Assembly (NCBI GenBank): GCA_963836205.1
Contig: CAWIIV010000006.1
Location: forward strand, 352,001 to 416,000
Direction: 5' to 3'
DNA: 64,000 nucleotides
Origin: an uncultured Acidimicrobiia bacterium
Lineage (GTDB): Bacteria > Actinomycetota > Acidimicrobiia > Acidimicrobiales > AC-14
In this document: one piece after another, positions 1 through 9,103 of the stretch
Layout of the letters: each line of letters begins with the position of its first letter
Numbering within the stretch: position 1 is the stretch's first letter
The notes under the pieces: generated by a model
The model's input: only the letters and a program-made list of their open reading frames with translations
Told to the model about the DNA's origin: nothing
Databases searched by the model: none
Translations under genes and position numbers: made by a program

Positions 1-2
1 AG

Positions 3-815
3 GGACTCCGGTCGTTCCAGGAAGCCTTCGACTCGCTCCGGTTGGAGGTGGAACATCTCCGTTCGTTCCAGGACGATTCCGACGCGCTCCGCGTGGCGGT
101 GGACGGTCTCCGCCGCGCCTCCACGCACGAAGCGAGCCTCGTTGCATCCCTGGTCGAGAACAGCGCCGAGAGTCGCCTCGACGAGGCGGCTCTCGGCAAG
201 CTCGTCACCAGCGCGGTCCAAGTAGCAGCGCGGAGGGAGGCGGCCGACCTTGAGACCGCTCTGGCCGCAAGTGTCGACGCCATGCGCGATGACATGGAGG
301 CTATGAGGCAGGCCCACGAAGACGGCCTGGCCAGCCTACGGGTGTCGATAGAGGCTACGTCAGCGGCGTTGCCGGCGGATCTGAGCCGGCGGGACTCCGG
401 CAACCGCAAGGCGTTGCGGACGACGCTTCATGAGGAGTTCCAGCCGCTCGTGGAGGTGGTCGCCGAGTCGGTCGCCCAGTCCGAGTATCAGCTCCAGGCC
501 CTCGACCGGAGGTTGGACAAGCTCGAGGAGCTGGGGCGATCGTTGGCGGCCGGCCTCGCAACGGTGTCGGCGTCGTTGGAGGTACTCCTCGGGGAGGAAT
601 TGCAACCGGACGACGACCTCACACCGGTTCGGCCCCGACCTCCCAGGCAGGCGGCGGGGGCCCGGGCAGCGTCTGGGTTCGTGTCTCGGGCCACTGGCTC
701 CAGCACAACTCCCGCGCTCTCCAGGCGTCAGCGCAACGACACCCCTGCGGGCCCCGGGGAACGGGTCGCCGGCGGCAGGCGAGTCTCGATGCGCGGTCCG
801 ACTGACGACGGGTAG
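3..815 (+). CDS. Hypothetical coiled-coil protein, 5'-truncated by the window edge; apparent paralogue of the 36757-38631 protein
   Basis: The frame is open from position 3 (GLRSFQEAFDSLRLEVEHL...). Heptad-like helical region followed by a Pro/Arg/Ala-rich tail; several colinear blocks match 36757-38631. Confidence 0.75.
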   Translation, partial: GLRSFQEAFDSLRLEVEHLRSFQDDSDALRVAVDGLRRASTHEASLVASLVENSAESRLDEAALGKLVTSAVQVAARREAADLETALAASVDAMRDDMEAMRQAHEDGLASLRVSIEATSAALPADLSRRDSGNRKALRTTLHEEFQPLVEVVAESVAQSEYQLQALDRRLDKLEELGRSLAAGLATVSASLEVLLGEELQPDDDLTPVRPRPPRQAAGARAASGFVSRATGSSTTPALSRRQRNDTPAGPGERVAGGRRVSMRGPTDDG

Positions 816-821
816 ATGCCT

Positions 822-1544
822 CTATCGGCCGTCCCGCGGTTTGCGCGCCTCCATGTAGAGCGAGCCCGGCTTGTAGGGCGAACCATCGGGAAGAAGGTCC
901 AATCCTGTCTCGTCCCATCGGGGGATCGCGCTCGTGTGAGCCTGGTGTTGTGTCATGTCCACGAAGCCACTCGCGCCGAGGGCCTGGGCGAGGTTGAGCC
1001 GGTCGTACATCCATTGATGCGTCTGGCCGCGCTTACGGGCGTCCCCGAGGATCAGGTTTTCGATCCGCCGTCGGACGGGACCTTGAAGACTGGTGCCGAA
1101 CGCCTCTCGCTGGACCGACTGGGCCAGCAATGGCACGAGCGCCTCGTCGTGCGCTGAATCCCCACGCTCCAAGGACGCGAGATAGTCGCGAACTCCAAGT
1201 TCGAAGTCTGGCACCACGATCCGGTGGATGCCGCCGGGAACAAGAACGCGAAGGATCTCGGCAAAGAAGGCGGGTACGGCCTCGCGATCTATGTGCTCAA
1301 GGGCGTGCGAATGGTAAACGGCATCGACGCTCCCAGTCTCCGCCGGAATGCCCTTGCGGAGGTCATGCACGACCAGCTCCCCGCAAAGACTGTCGAACGC
1401 TTCACGTCGGTACCCACGCACGAGCACGCGTGCGGCGATCCTGCCGACAGGTGACGATCGAAGTCGCAATGCCGGCGAGAAATCAATGTTCACCGTCATC
1501 GCACTGGTCCTGGAGCCACAGCCAAGATTGAGGATCCTCGTCAC
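822..1544 (-). CDS. Class I SAM-dependent methyltransferase (polysaccharide-locus type)
   Basis: Motifs ILNLGCG, HDLRKGIP, VDAVYHSHALEHI and RVLVPGG. Confidence 0.85.
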   Translation of the reverse strand: MTRILNLGCGSRTSAMTVNIDFSPALRLRSSPVGRIAARVLVRGYRREAFDSLCGELVVHDLRKGIPAETGSVDAVYHSHALEHIDREAVPAFFAEILRVLVPGGIHRIVVPDFELGVRDYLASLERGDSAHDEALVPLLAQSVQREAFGTSLQGPVRRRIENLILGDARKRGQTHQWMYDRLNLAQALGASGFVDMTQHQAHTSAIPRWDETGLDLLPDGSPYKPGSLYMEARKPRDGR

Positions 1545-1716
1545 AATACGCCACTGTACTCTGGTGCCGTACTATAGAAAGGACGAGCCTCTAGTGAGAT
1601 GCATCGATCCTTGGCGCTCATTCGGAGATGCTACCCCAATAGGTGGAGCTGCTGCCGCTCGAGAGCGAGTTATAGCGTCGGCACCATCCCAATCGAACGT
1701 GCGGTAATGTGGCCGC

Positions 1717-2457
1717 GTGCGGTATCCGGAACGGAAAGCCGGCGGGTACACGCGGGTCGACGGCACAGTAGCGTTCTATGTTCGAGTTCACGCCTTGCTG
1801 GACGAGCTCCCCGGGGATCTCGTTGTTGTGAACTTCGGGGCGGGTCGTGGTGCCCAAGTTGACCATGGCGCACAAATATACCGGCGCCTGAAGGACCTTC
1901 GCCGCCCGGGTCGACAGATCATCGGCGTCGACGTCGACCCAATCGTGAGGACAAATCCCTTCATCGACTCAGCCGTGGTCATTCCGCCCTCGGGCAGGGT
2001 GCCGATCCCCGACGCGAGTGTCGATCTGGTGGTCTCCGAATGGACGTTCGAGCACATCGATCACGCTGAGGTAGTGGCGGCCGAACTCGGAAGAATCCTC
2101 AAGTCGGGAGGATGGATTTGCGCCTGCACTCCCAACAAATGGGGCTACATTGCTGTCGGCGCCCGACTTGTACCCAACCGCTTGCACGTGGGTGTGCTCC
2201 GACACCTCCAGCCAACGAAGCTGGCACGAGACACGTTCCCTACGCGCTATAGAATGAACACCCGGCGAGCGCTGGGGGCTCTCTTTCCGAGCGACCGTTA
2301 TGAAGTAGTCGCCTACACCCATGATTCTGAACCCTACCAGTACGCCGGTTCTTCTCGGATTGGCTCTTGGGCACTAACGCTTGCCCACCGTCTCCCCTCG
2401 CAGTTCAAGAGCATCTGGTTCATTTACATCCGCAAGCGATGCGAAGATCATTCGTGA
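1717..2457 (+). CDS. Class I SAM-dependent methyltransferase
   Basis: Motifs VVNFGAGRG, IGVDVD, DLVVSEWTFEHI and RILKSGGWI; start uncertain. Confidence 0.85.
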   Translation: MRYPERKAGGYTRVDGTVAFYVRVHALLDELPGDLVVVNFGAGRGAQVDHGAQIYRRLKDLRRPGRQIIGVDVDPIVRTNPFIDSAVVIPPSGRVPIPDASVDLVVSEWTFEHIDHAEVVAAELGRILKSGGWICACTPNKWGYIAVGARLVPNRLHVGVLRHLQPTKLARDTFPTRYRMNTRRALGALFPSDRYEVVAYTHDSEPYQYAGSSRIGSWALTLAHRLPSQFKSIWFIYIRKRCEDHS

Positions 2458-2601
2458 TCCTCGAGCCGGGCGGCCGGACGCCCCCGACCAGCCCGTGCCG
2501 GTCCGTCGGCGACGCCAGGCGGAGGACCCCGGCCGGGTCCGCTCGGAGGACTCCGGGCGCCAGACAGTACGCTGGCTGTTCGCGCGGATGAAGGGGAACC
2601 C

Positions 2602-4065
2602 ATGGTGACTGGAACGGCGGCCGGACCCAGACGTGCGCGGGGCCGTCTTGGCGCAAGGACGGCGCCCATCGCGGGTCTCGTGGTGGCTGCCACGCTTGTG
2701 CTCGCCGCCCCCGCGTCGGCGTTCCTCTTTGCCAACGCAGGACCCGAGTTTCCAGGATCCGTCACAGTCGGCCAGATCTTCAGCGCCACGGTGGGCCTGC
2801 ACAACTTTTCGACGCCGCCACAGAGCATCACCATCCCCGTCATCACGGCGTCCGACATCGATCTCGTGCCGGCCTGCACCAACACCACCCAGGACTGCCC
2901 CGGCGGGATCGACGCGGGCGTGTTCCAGACCACGACGGGCATCGGCGCCGGATCGGGCCCCGCCAGCTGCACCGGCACGTGGACGGTCATCGAGACCACA
3001 CCCGGCACGTTCCGATTGAACCCGCCCGGTGGCAACGGGTCGCTCGCGCTCGCCACCGGCGAGATCTGCACCGTCAGCTTCCCGCTCATGGCGATCCGTA
3101 TGCCATCAGTCGACGCCAGCGCCGCGGCCGGGGTACAGACCAATCAGGCAACAGGTGTCACCTTCCACGCGCCAGCGCCGATGTCCCGTCAAGGACTTGC
3201 GACCGCCACCACGGTCAATCCCGCCCCGATCGTCCCGCCCGCCGACTTCAACGGTGACGGCTCGACCGGCCTGTCCGTCTACCGACCGTCGACCAGCCTC
3301 TGGTATTCGACCGGCTCGTCGGTCGCGTGGGGCACCGGCGGCGACATCCCCGTCCCCCGCGATTACGACTTCGACGGGACGACCGACCGTGCCGTCTACC
3401 GACCCTCGTCGGGCGTCTGGTACGTCCAAGGCAGCTCGGGTGGTACCACGTCGGTCGCGTGGGGCGCGACCGGCGATATCCCGGTGCCGGCTGACTTCGA
3501 CGGTGACGGCAAGACCGACCGCGCCGTGTTCCGACCCTCCTCCGGGTTCTGGTTCGTCCAGCGCAGCGCGGGCGGTACCACGTCGGTTGCGTGGGGAGCG
3601 ACCGGCGACATCCCCGTTCCCGGCGACTACGACGGCGACGGCAGGGCCGACCACGCCGTGTTCCGGCCATCGACGGGTGTCTGGCAAATGCAGCGGAGCA
3701 CAGGCGGAGCGACCTCCGTCGGGTGGGGTGCGGCGGGCGATATCCCCGTCCCCGGTGACTACGACGGCGACCTCAAGACCGACCTCGCCGTCTTCCGGCC
3801 GTCGGCCGGGGCCTGGTTCGTCCAGCCCAGCACGGGCGGCGGCACGTTCGGCGCGTGGGGTGTCAGCGGCGACATTCCCGTCCCCGGTGACTACGACGCC
3901 GACGACAGGACCGATCAGGCCGTGTTCCGGCCCTCGTCGGGCATCTGGTACGTGCAGCTCACCTCGGGTGGCTCAATTGCCAGCGCCTGGGGCGTCAACG
4001 GCGACGTTCCCCTCCCCCTGCCGGCGGCCATCGGGCGGTTCTTCTTCTCGCCGCCGTTCCCGTGA
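2602..4065 (+). CDS. Secreted protein with a 4-Cys beta-rich N-terminal domain and six C-terminal FG-GAP/VCBS-like repeats
   Basis: Signal peptide ending APASA; repeats GD(Y/F)DGDGxTDxAVFRPSxGxWY...WGxxGDIPVP. Confidence 0.85.
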   Translation: MVTGTAAGPRRARGRLGARTAPIAGLVVAATLVLAAPASAFLFANAGPEFPGSVTVGQIFSATVGLHNFSTPPQSITIPVITASDIDLVPACTNTTQDCPGGIDAGVFQTTTGIGAGSGPASCTGTWTVIETTPGTFRLNPPGGNGSLALATGEICTVSFPLMAIRMPSVDASAAAGVQTNQATGVTFHAPAPMSRQGLATATTVNPAPIVPPADFNGDGSTGLSVYRPSTSLWYSTGSSVAWGTGGDIPVPRDYDFDGTTDRAVYRPSSGVWYVQGSSGGTTSVAWGATGDIPVPADFDGDGKTDRAVFRPSSGFWFVQRSAGGTTSVAWGATGDIPVPGDYDGDGRADHAVFRPSTGVWQMQRSTGGATSVGWGAAGDIPVPGDYDGDLKTDLAVFRPSAGAWFVQPSTGGGTFGAWGVSGDIPVPGDYDADDRTDQAVFRPSSGIWYVQLTSGGSIASAWGVNGDVPLPLPAAIGRFFFSPPFP

Positions 4066-4084
4066 GGACGCCGGCCGCGCTCGG

Positions 4085-4786
4085 ATGCTCGTGAGCTCGC
4101 GGGGCGCAGATCGTTCGGTGGTTCCCGTGCGCATCGGGACGGCTGTCACCGCGCTGGTGGTGTTCGTGCTTGCTGTGATCGCCGGCGGCGGGTGGGCGTG
4201 GGCCGGGTCGCCCGCGTCGGCGACCGGCGCGGCTCTGCGAGTCGCCGAGGAGGGACCGTGCGGGGCCAATCCCTGTGGTTCGGTGCCGCCGGACGAAGGA
4301 CCGTGCGGGGCCGTCGCCTGCCCGCCGAGCGTGTCCGACGAAGGCCCCTGCGGGGCGAACCCGTGCGAGGAGCCACCGGCGGCCGAGGACCCGTGCGGCG
4401 GTGTCGCTTGTCAGTCGCAGGCGGTTGCCGACGGGCCGTGTGGCGCCAATCCGTGTCCCGAGGTGGCCGCCGACCAGACTCCCTGCGCCGACGCTTCCTG
4501 CGGGACGCCCGCCAGCGCGCCGGAGGCAGTCTCATCCGGGCCGACGACGTCGGCCCCGACCGGGGCGGCTGCCGGTCAGGGAGAGACCGGGGCCGGTTCG
4601 TCTGCCGCCGGATCGGCCCAACCCGCGTCCCCGAGACAGGTCGCCGAGGGGCCGCGGCCGTCCGATGACGGCACCGGCATCGGACGCGCCGTCGGGTTCC
4701 TCCTGCTGGCGGTGGCGGTACCTCTGGCGGGGGTTCTCGGGTACCGCTCCGTCCGCCGGCGGGGACGACTCGGCGTCGGAGGCTGA
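4085..4786 (+). CDS. Secreted, C-terminally membrane-anchored Cys-repeat protein (6 x PCxxxxC)
   Basis: C-terminal part of ORF 3029-4786 (start ATG 4085 or GTG 4127). Signal peptide ending AWA, 15-aa repeats, Ser/Ala/Gly linker, TM helix and basic tail RSVRRRGR. Confidence 0.7.
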   Translation: MLVSSRGADRSVVPVRIGTAVTALVVFVLAVIAGGGWAWAGSPASATGAALRVAEEGPCGANPCGSVPPDEGPCGAVACPPSVSDEGPCGANPCEEPPAAEDPCGGVACQSQAVADGPCGANPCPEVAADQTPCADASCGTPASAPEAVSSGPTTSAPTGAAAGQGETGAGSSAAGSAQPASPRQVAEGPRPSDDGTGIGRAVGFLLLAVAVPLAGVLGYRSVRRRGRLGVGG

Positions 4787-4932
4787 CGCAACTCGGGTCA
4801 GGCGAACCGGCGTAGGTCCGGTTAGATCGAGACGTCCGCCCGACGTTCCCGATCCCGGCACTCAGTCCCCGCCCGGGCGTCAGAGCATCTGCGACGACGT
4901 GATCGCGTAGCAAGGTTGGCCCATCGCGCCGG

Positions 4933-7320
4933 CTAGGGCATCGACCGACGGATGGCGAAGGGCAGGGGCAGGGCGGTGTCACCTGAGGTGCCCCACACTG
5001 TCGTCGTCCCGGCCCGGAGGTACCAGAGACCGGTGGAAGGCCGGAACACGGCGATGACGGTGGAGCCATTTCCGTCGTAATCGCCCGGGACGGGGATGTC
5101 GCCGCTGGTGCCCCAGGACGTCGTCGTCCCGGCCCGGACGTACCACACGCCACTGGACGGCCGGAACACGGCGATATCGATGTCGGCGTCGCCGTCGTAG
5201 TAGCCGGGAACCGGAACGTCGCCGTTGGCGCCCCAGGCGGTGGTGGCACCGCCGTGGACGTACCAGGCCCCGGTTGACGGCCGGAACACTGCGATATCGG
5301 TCTTGCCGTCACCGCTGTAGTCGCCGGGCACGGGAACGTCGCCATTGGCGCCCCAGGCGGTGGTGGCACCGCCCTGGACGTACCAGGCCCCGGTTGACGG
5401 CCGGAAGACTGCGATCTCGGTCTTGCCGTCACCGTTGTAGTCGCCGGGCACGGGAACGTCGCCATTGGCGCCCCAGGCGGTGGTGGCACCGCCCTGGACG
5501 TACCAGGCCCCGGTTGACGGCCGGAACACTGCGATCTCGGTCCTGCCGTCACCGTTGTAGTCGCCGGGAACGGGAACGTCGCCGTTGGCACCCCAGGCGG
5601 TGGCGGCCCCGCCCTGGACGTACCAGGCCCCGGTCGATGGCCGGAACACGGCGATCTCGGTTTTACCGTCACCGTTGAAATCGGTCGCCGGTGGGACGCC
5701 GGCCTGGGCGGTGAGCGTGTACGAACGGGTGCCGCTGGCAGCAGGGTTGCCGGTGCTCTGGGTCTCGTTCGTCACAACTGCCACCGCGCGCAGGCAGCCC
5801 GTGGTCCTTACGGGCGTGAGCGTGCTTACGACGCCTGCTCCCACAACGGGAAAGGGCGATCTCACCAACGCCGTGCCCGTGTCGCATACGGCACTGGCAC
5901 GCAGCTGTCCGCCGCCCGACGTGTTGGTGAGCTTCAGGGTGTACCCACTGAAACCGGCCCCGGTCGGAAGAGTAATCCAGCTCGTGGCGAAATCGTCCTC
6001 GACGGCGCCGGTAAAGGTGGACCCGAGAGCGCTGATCGAGCCTTGAACCGGAGGCAAAACGCCATTCTTCTTCGCCTTATAGCCGCTTGCCTCCTCGAAG
6101 CAATGAGGCAAGACGTAGGAGCCACCGCAGGCGCGCATGAACGCCGCTGCGATCGCGAAATCGTGGAAGGCGGTGGCGAGCGGCACGCCCCGGCGGGAGA
6201 GGGCGGTCGCCAAGGCAGAGAGGTTGTTGCCGGTGTTCTTGCTTGTCTCCTCCCAGAAGTCCTGGACGACCTGTTCGCCTCCGGAGGCTGCGCCCGTCCC
6301 GAACCGTTCGGTGAGTCCCCGAATCATGAGCCAGAAGCGGTAGGGACTGCCGTCGTAGTCGCCGAGACCCTGGGTGAAGTCAGGCCAGAGGTAGTTGTAG
6401 TTGTCGTTCGCGGTGTCGAAAGTCTCGTCTTCCATCCAGGTGGCACCACCTTCGATGAAGGACGCGTCCGGGACGTTCGTTCCGGCGAGGGCGCCGTAGC
6501 CGAACTGGATGGCGTGGTTGTATTCGTGAGCAGCAGTCGCGTCGAGGGCTTTTTGTGCGTCGCCGAATTGGTTGAAGTCGTCGCTCAGGGCGAGGCAGGT
6601 TGCGGATGCGTCACTGTCGTTCCAAGCGGTGTTGGGGTTGTTTCCCACGCTTCCTGAATACGTGCCCGAGACGGCGCTGTAGCCGTACAGCCCGCCGCCG
6701 AGTTCAAGTATCGCGACCGGATAGCGCCCGCCGGGGGGCGGGGCGGACGACCGGAACGGCGGTGCGGGCCAGCCAAACGAATCCACCTGGGTCGATCGTG
6801 CGCCGTCGAGGGCGCTGCCGTAGTCGGCAGCAGTAAGCGGCCCGCTGGACGTGGACCCGAGGATGTGAAAGTACGACGAGTCGACGACGGCGGCTGTCGT
6901 GATCGTGTTCGTTCCACAGGTCATGCTTTCGGTGCTCGCGGCGGCGTCGGCCGGTGCCGGCGGCGGGGAGAGAGCTTCTTCGATCGCCACGCGGCTCGGG
7001 CCGTCTGGCATGCCTTCGACGCGGCGACGGAGGTTGAGGAGCGGCAAGGTGCCGTCCCACGGGGTGTCGGATTGGAACTCTCCTGGGATCGTCAGATACC
7101 GCGCCCGGTCGCCGAGGGCGAGGGCGAGGAGGACGTCACCCAGCGTCGGCGTGATCGCGCCCCTGTCAACTGCATGCTCGAGGAGCTCTGGAGTAGGCAG
7201 ATTTGGCAGACCGGCTGCCTCGGGAGCCTGGGCCGCGACGCCCGGAGCGAGGCCGCCAAGCAGAACGGCAGTCAGCAACAATGACGAAGTCGTCCAGCGT
7301 TTCAGCTCACACCTGGCCAT
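4933..7320 (-). CDS. Secreted HExxH zinc metalloprotease-like protein (MXAN_6640-like) with six C-terminal FG-GAP repeats
   Basis: Signal peptide; AAHEYNHAIQFGY and downstream EGGATWME zincin motifs; GDYNGDGKTEIAVFRPSTGAWY repeats. Confidence 0.8.
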   Translation of the reverse strand: MARCELKRWTTSSLLLTAVLLGGLAPGVAAQAPEAAGLPNLPTPELLEHAVDRGAITPTLGDVLLALALGDRARYLTIPGEFQSDTPWDGTLPLLNLRRRVEGMPDGPSRVAIEEALSPPPAPADAAASTESMTCGTNTITTAAVVDSSYFHILGSTSSGPLTAADYGSALDGARSTQVDSFGWPAPPFRSSAPPPGGRYPVAILELGGGLYGYSAVSGTYSGSVGNNPNTAWNDSDASATCLALSDDFNQFGDAQKALDATAAHEYNHAIQFGYGALAGTNVPDASFIEGGATWMEDETFDTANDNYNYLWPDFTQGLGDYDGSPYRFWLMIRGLTERFGTGAASGGEQVVQDFWEETSKNTGNNLSALATALSRRGVPLATAFHDFAIAAAFMRACGGSYVLPHCFEEASGYKAKKNGVLPPVQGSISALGSTFTGAVEDDFATSWITLPTGAGFSGYTLKLTNTSGGGQLRASAVCDTGTALVRSPFPVVGAGVVSTLTPVRTTGCLRAVAVVTNETQSTGNPAASGTRSYTLTAQAGVPPATDFNGDGKTEIAVFRPSTGAWYVQGGAATAWGANGDVPVPGDYNGDGRTEIAVFRPSTGAWYVQGGATTAWGANGDVPVPGDYNGDGKTEIAVFRPSTGAWYVQGGATTAWGANGDVPVPGDYSGDGKTDIAVFRPSTGAWYVHGGATTAWGANGDVPVPGYYDGDADIDIAVFRPSSGVWYVRAGTTTSWGTSGDIPVPGDYDGNGSTVIAVFRPSTGLWYLRAGTTTVWGTSGDTALPLPFAIRRSMP
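4960..5690. repeat. Six tandem 120-bp coding repeats (FG-GAP units), four of them nearly identical
   Basis: Sequences starting at 5221, 5341, 5461 and 5581 are almost identical; those at 4981 and 5101 form a second subtype. Confidence 0.9.
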
Positions 7321-7791
7321 TTAGGGTGTCCGAAGGCGGCTCGGGCGCGGCCAGCCGAAGCCGCCTGGGCGGTTGTCGGGGATGGCCGGGAAGAGCACCG
7401 CGCCCCGCCGGCCGCGCCGGAGCCGAGTCGGCGTTCAGCCCGGCGAGTGCGGTCAGAAAGGGGGTCAGCGGTCCGGTCTCGGCTTGTTGCTGGGCGGTTG
7501 GGCGGCCGTCTGTGCCCGCGCCATTGGGACCGGGCGCAGGAAAGGAATCGACAGGAGGGCCACAGCGACGGCCGAACGGCCTCTCGGCAACGGGCAGACC
7601 ACGCGCAGCGCGGTTTCGGTGTCCGCCGATACCCACTCCCGACCCCCAGCGCCGAAGCTATGTTGTCGTTCGGAGAATACACCGAACGGTCCGAAACTGG
7701 ACACCGTCCCGCCCGCACCGGACAGCAGCGCCCGACGACGAACCACACGCCGTCGGGACCGGCAACGGCATGTCCGACACGCGGTGAGGCC

Positions 7792-9078
7792 TCACCCTAC
7801 AAACGGAGGCTCACGTTCCATCTCCTTGTGCACCTTTCGAAGCACCAAATGCGAACCCAGAAGCAGGACGGGCTCTCTCGCCACAGCGCCCCACGCCGCG
7901 CCGGCGAGACCGTAACGGTGGCTCAGGACGATCTGGGCCGACGCAGCCACCGCAAAGGCGCACGCGTAGATCTTCGTCGTCGCCGGCCCCCGGTCGATCG
8001 CGACGAGGATCGCCAGGCGCGGCCCGGTAACGGCGATCATGGGGAGCGACAGCGCCAGGATACGAACGGCGAGAGCGGTGTCCTGATACCGAGGACCGAG
8101 CACCACGTCGACCAACACGTCGGAACCGGCGAAGATGGCAACGGCACTCGGAAGGGCAATAAGGAGACCGAGCTTCGTCAGCTTGCGGTCGAGACGTCTC
8201 AAAGCCGCCGGGTCTCTGGCGTACGCGGCTGCAACTGGGACGGTCGCGGTGACCAGGACAAGTGGCAAGAGCCCGAAGACATCCTGGATACGGCTTGCCG
8301 GACCGTAGAGGCCCGCAATGAAAGACCCCGCTCCGAACCGAACGAGGTTCACATCGAACTTGTTGTACATGAGAATGAAGATGGTGTTCGCGGCAAAGGG
8401 CAGCGAAGCAATGAGCAGTGCCCTGCTTCGCGTCCATCGTCGATGCCGGAGAACCTGTCGCAGGGGCGCACTCCCGACCGCGACTCCCAGCGCGACGGTC
8501 GTGGCGACCTCACACGCGGCAAGCCCAATCCAGATCGTGGCCAGGCTGTCGATCGAGGTGACCGCGGTGTAGACGATCCAGGCGATCGACAACACACGGC
8601 CCAGGACCTCCGGGAGCGATGCCGCGAGATACCTGTGTTGACCTTGCAGGACACTGATGAGCAGCAGGCCGACGCCGAAGGCCAACGTGACCACGAGGGT
8701 CGTCAGGGTCAGCACCGTCGAGTCGGTGCGATCCCTGAGGATGGTGACCAACATGATGGCCATCAGCGCGACCGGCACTCCCAGGAGAGAGATGCGCGCC
8801 CAAAATGCGTCTGCCAGGGCAAGGGTGGGCGATCCACCGGCGGCGATGTCGCGTGTCACTCGAAGTCCTACGCCTGCGTCCCACAGCGCCACGCCCACCA
8901 GGGCGAACGCCTGCATCGACAGCAGCAGGCCGTAGTCGGTCACCGAGAGGGCCCGGACGGCGATCAGCGCGACGAGGACCGCGGAAACCTTGACCGAGAG
9001 GTGCAGCACGAAGGCGCCGACCGTCGACCGCCGCAGGCTTGCGACGCGCACGACGCTCTCGTCAGTCTCTATCTCCAC
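7792..9078 (-). CDS. wzx: Oligosaccharide flippase (Wzx/RfbX, MOP family)
   Basis: Many TM helices; motifs RALSVTDYG, DAGVG and YNKFD...AGLYGPASRI. Probable GTG start at 9078 behind the upstream GT stop. Confidence 0.8.
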   Translation of the reverse strand: MEIETDESVVRVASLRRSTVGAFVLHLSVKVSAVLVALIAVRALSVTDYGLLLSMQAFALVGVALWDAGVGLRVTRDIAAGGSPTLALADAFWARISLLGVPVALMAIMLVTILRDRTDSTVLTLTTLVVTLAFGVGLLLISVLQGQHRYLAASLPEVLGRVLSIAWIVYTAVTSIDSLATIWIGLAACEVATTVALGVAVGSAPLRQVLRHRRWTRSRALLIASLPFAANTIFILMYNKFDVNLVRFGAGSFIAGLYGPASRIQDVFGLLPLVLVTATVPVAAAYARDPAALRRLDRKLTKLGLLIALPSAVAIFAGSDVLVDVVLGPRYQDTALAVRILALSLPMIAVTGPRLAILVAIDRGPATTKIYACAFAVAASAQIVLSHRYGLAGAAWGAVAREPVLLLGSHLVLRKVHKEMEREPPFVG

Positions 9079-9103
9079 GGAGACGGCACCAGGCTGATCG
9101 CGT

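Noticed and set aside
3029-4084. N-terminal 352 aa of ORF 3029-4786
   Set aside because: Off-frame shadow of the FG-GAP gene; only the part from 4085 looks like a real protein.
7321-7790. Riboswitch in the long leader of the metalloprotease
   Set aside because: No recognisable aptamer consensus by eye; an Rfam search would be needed.
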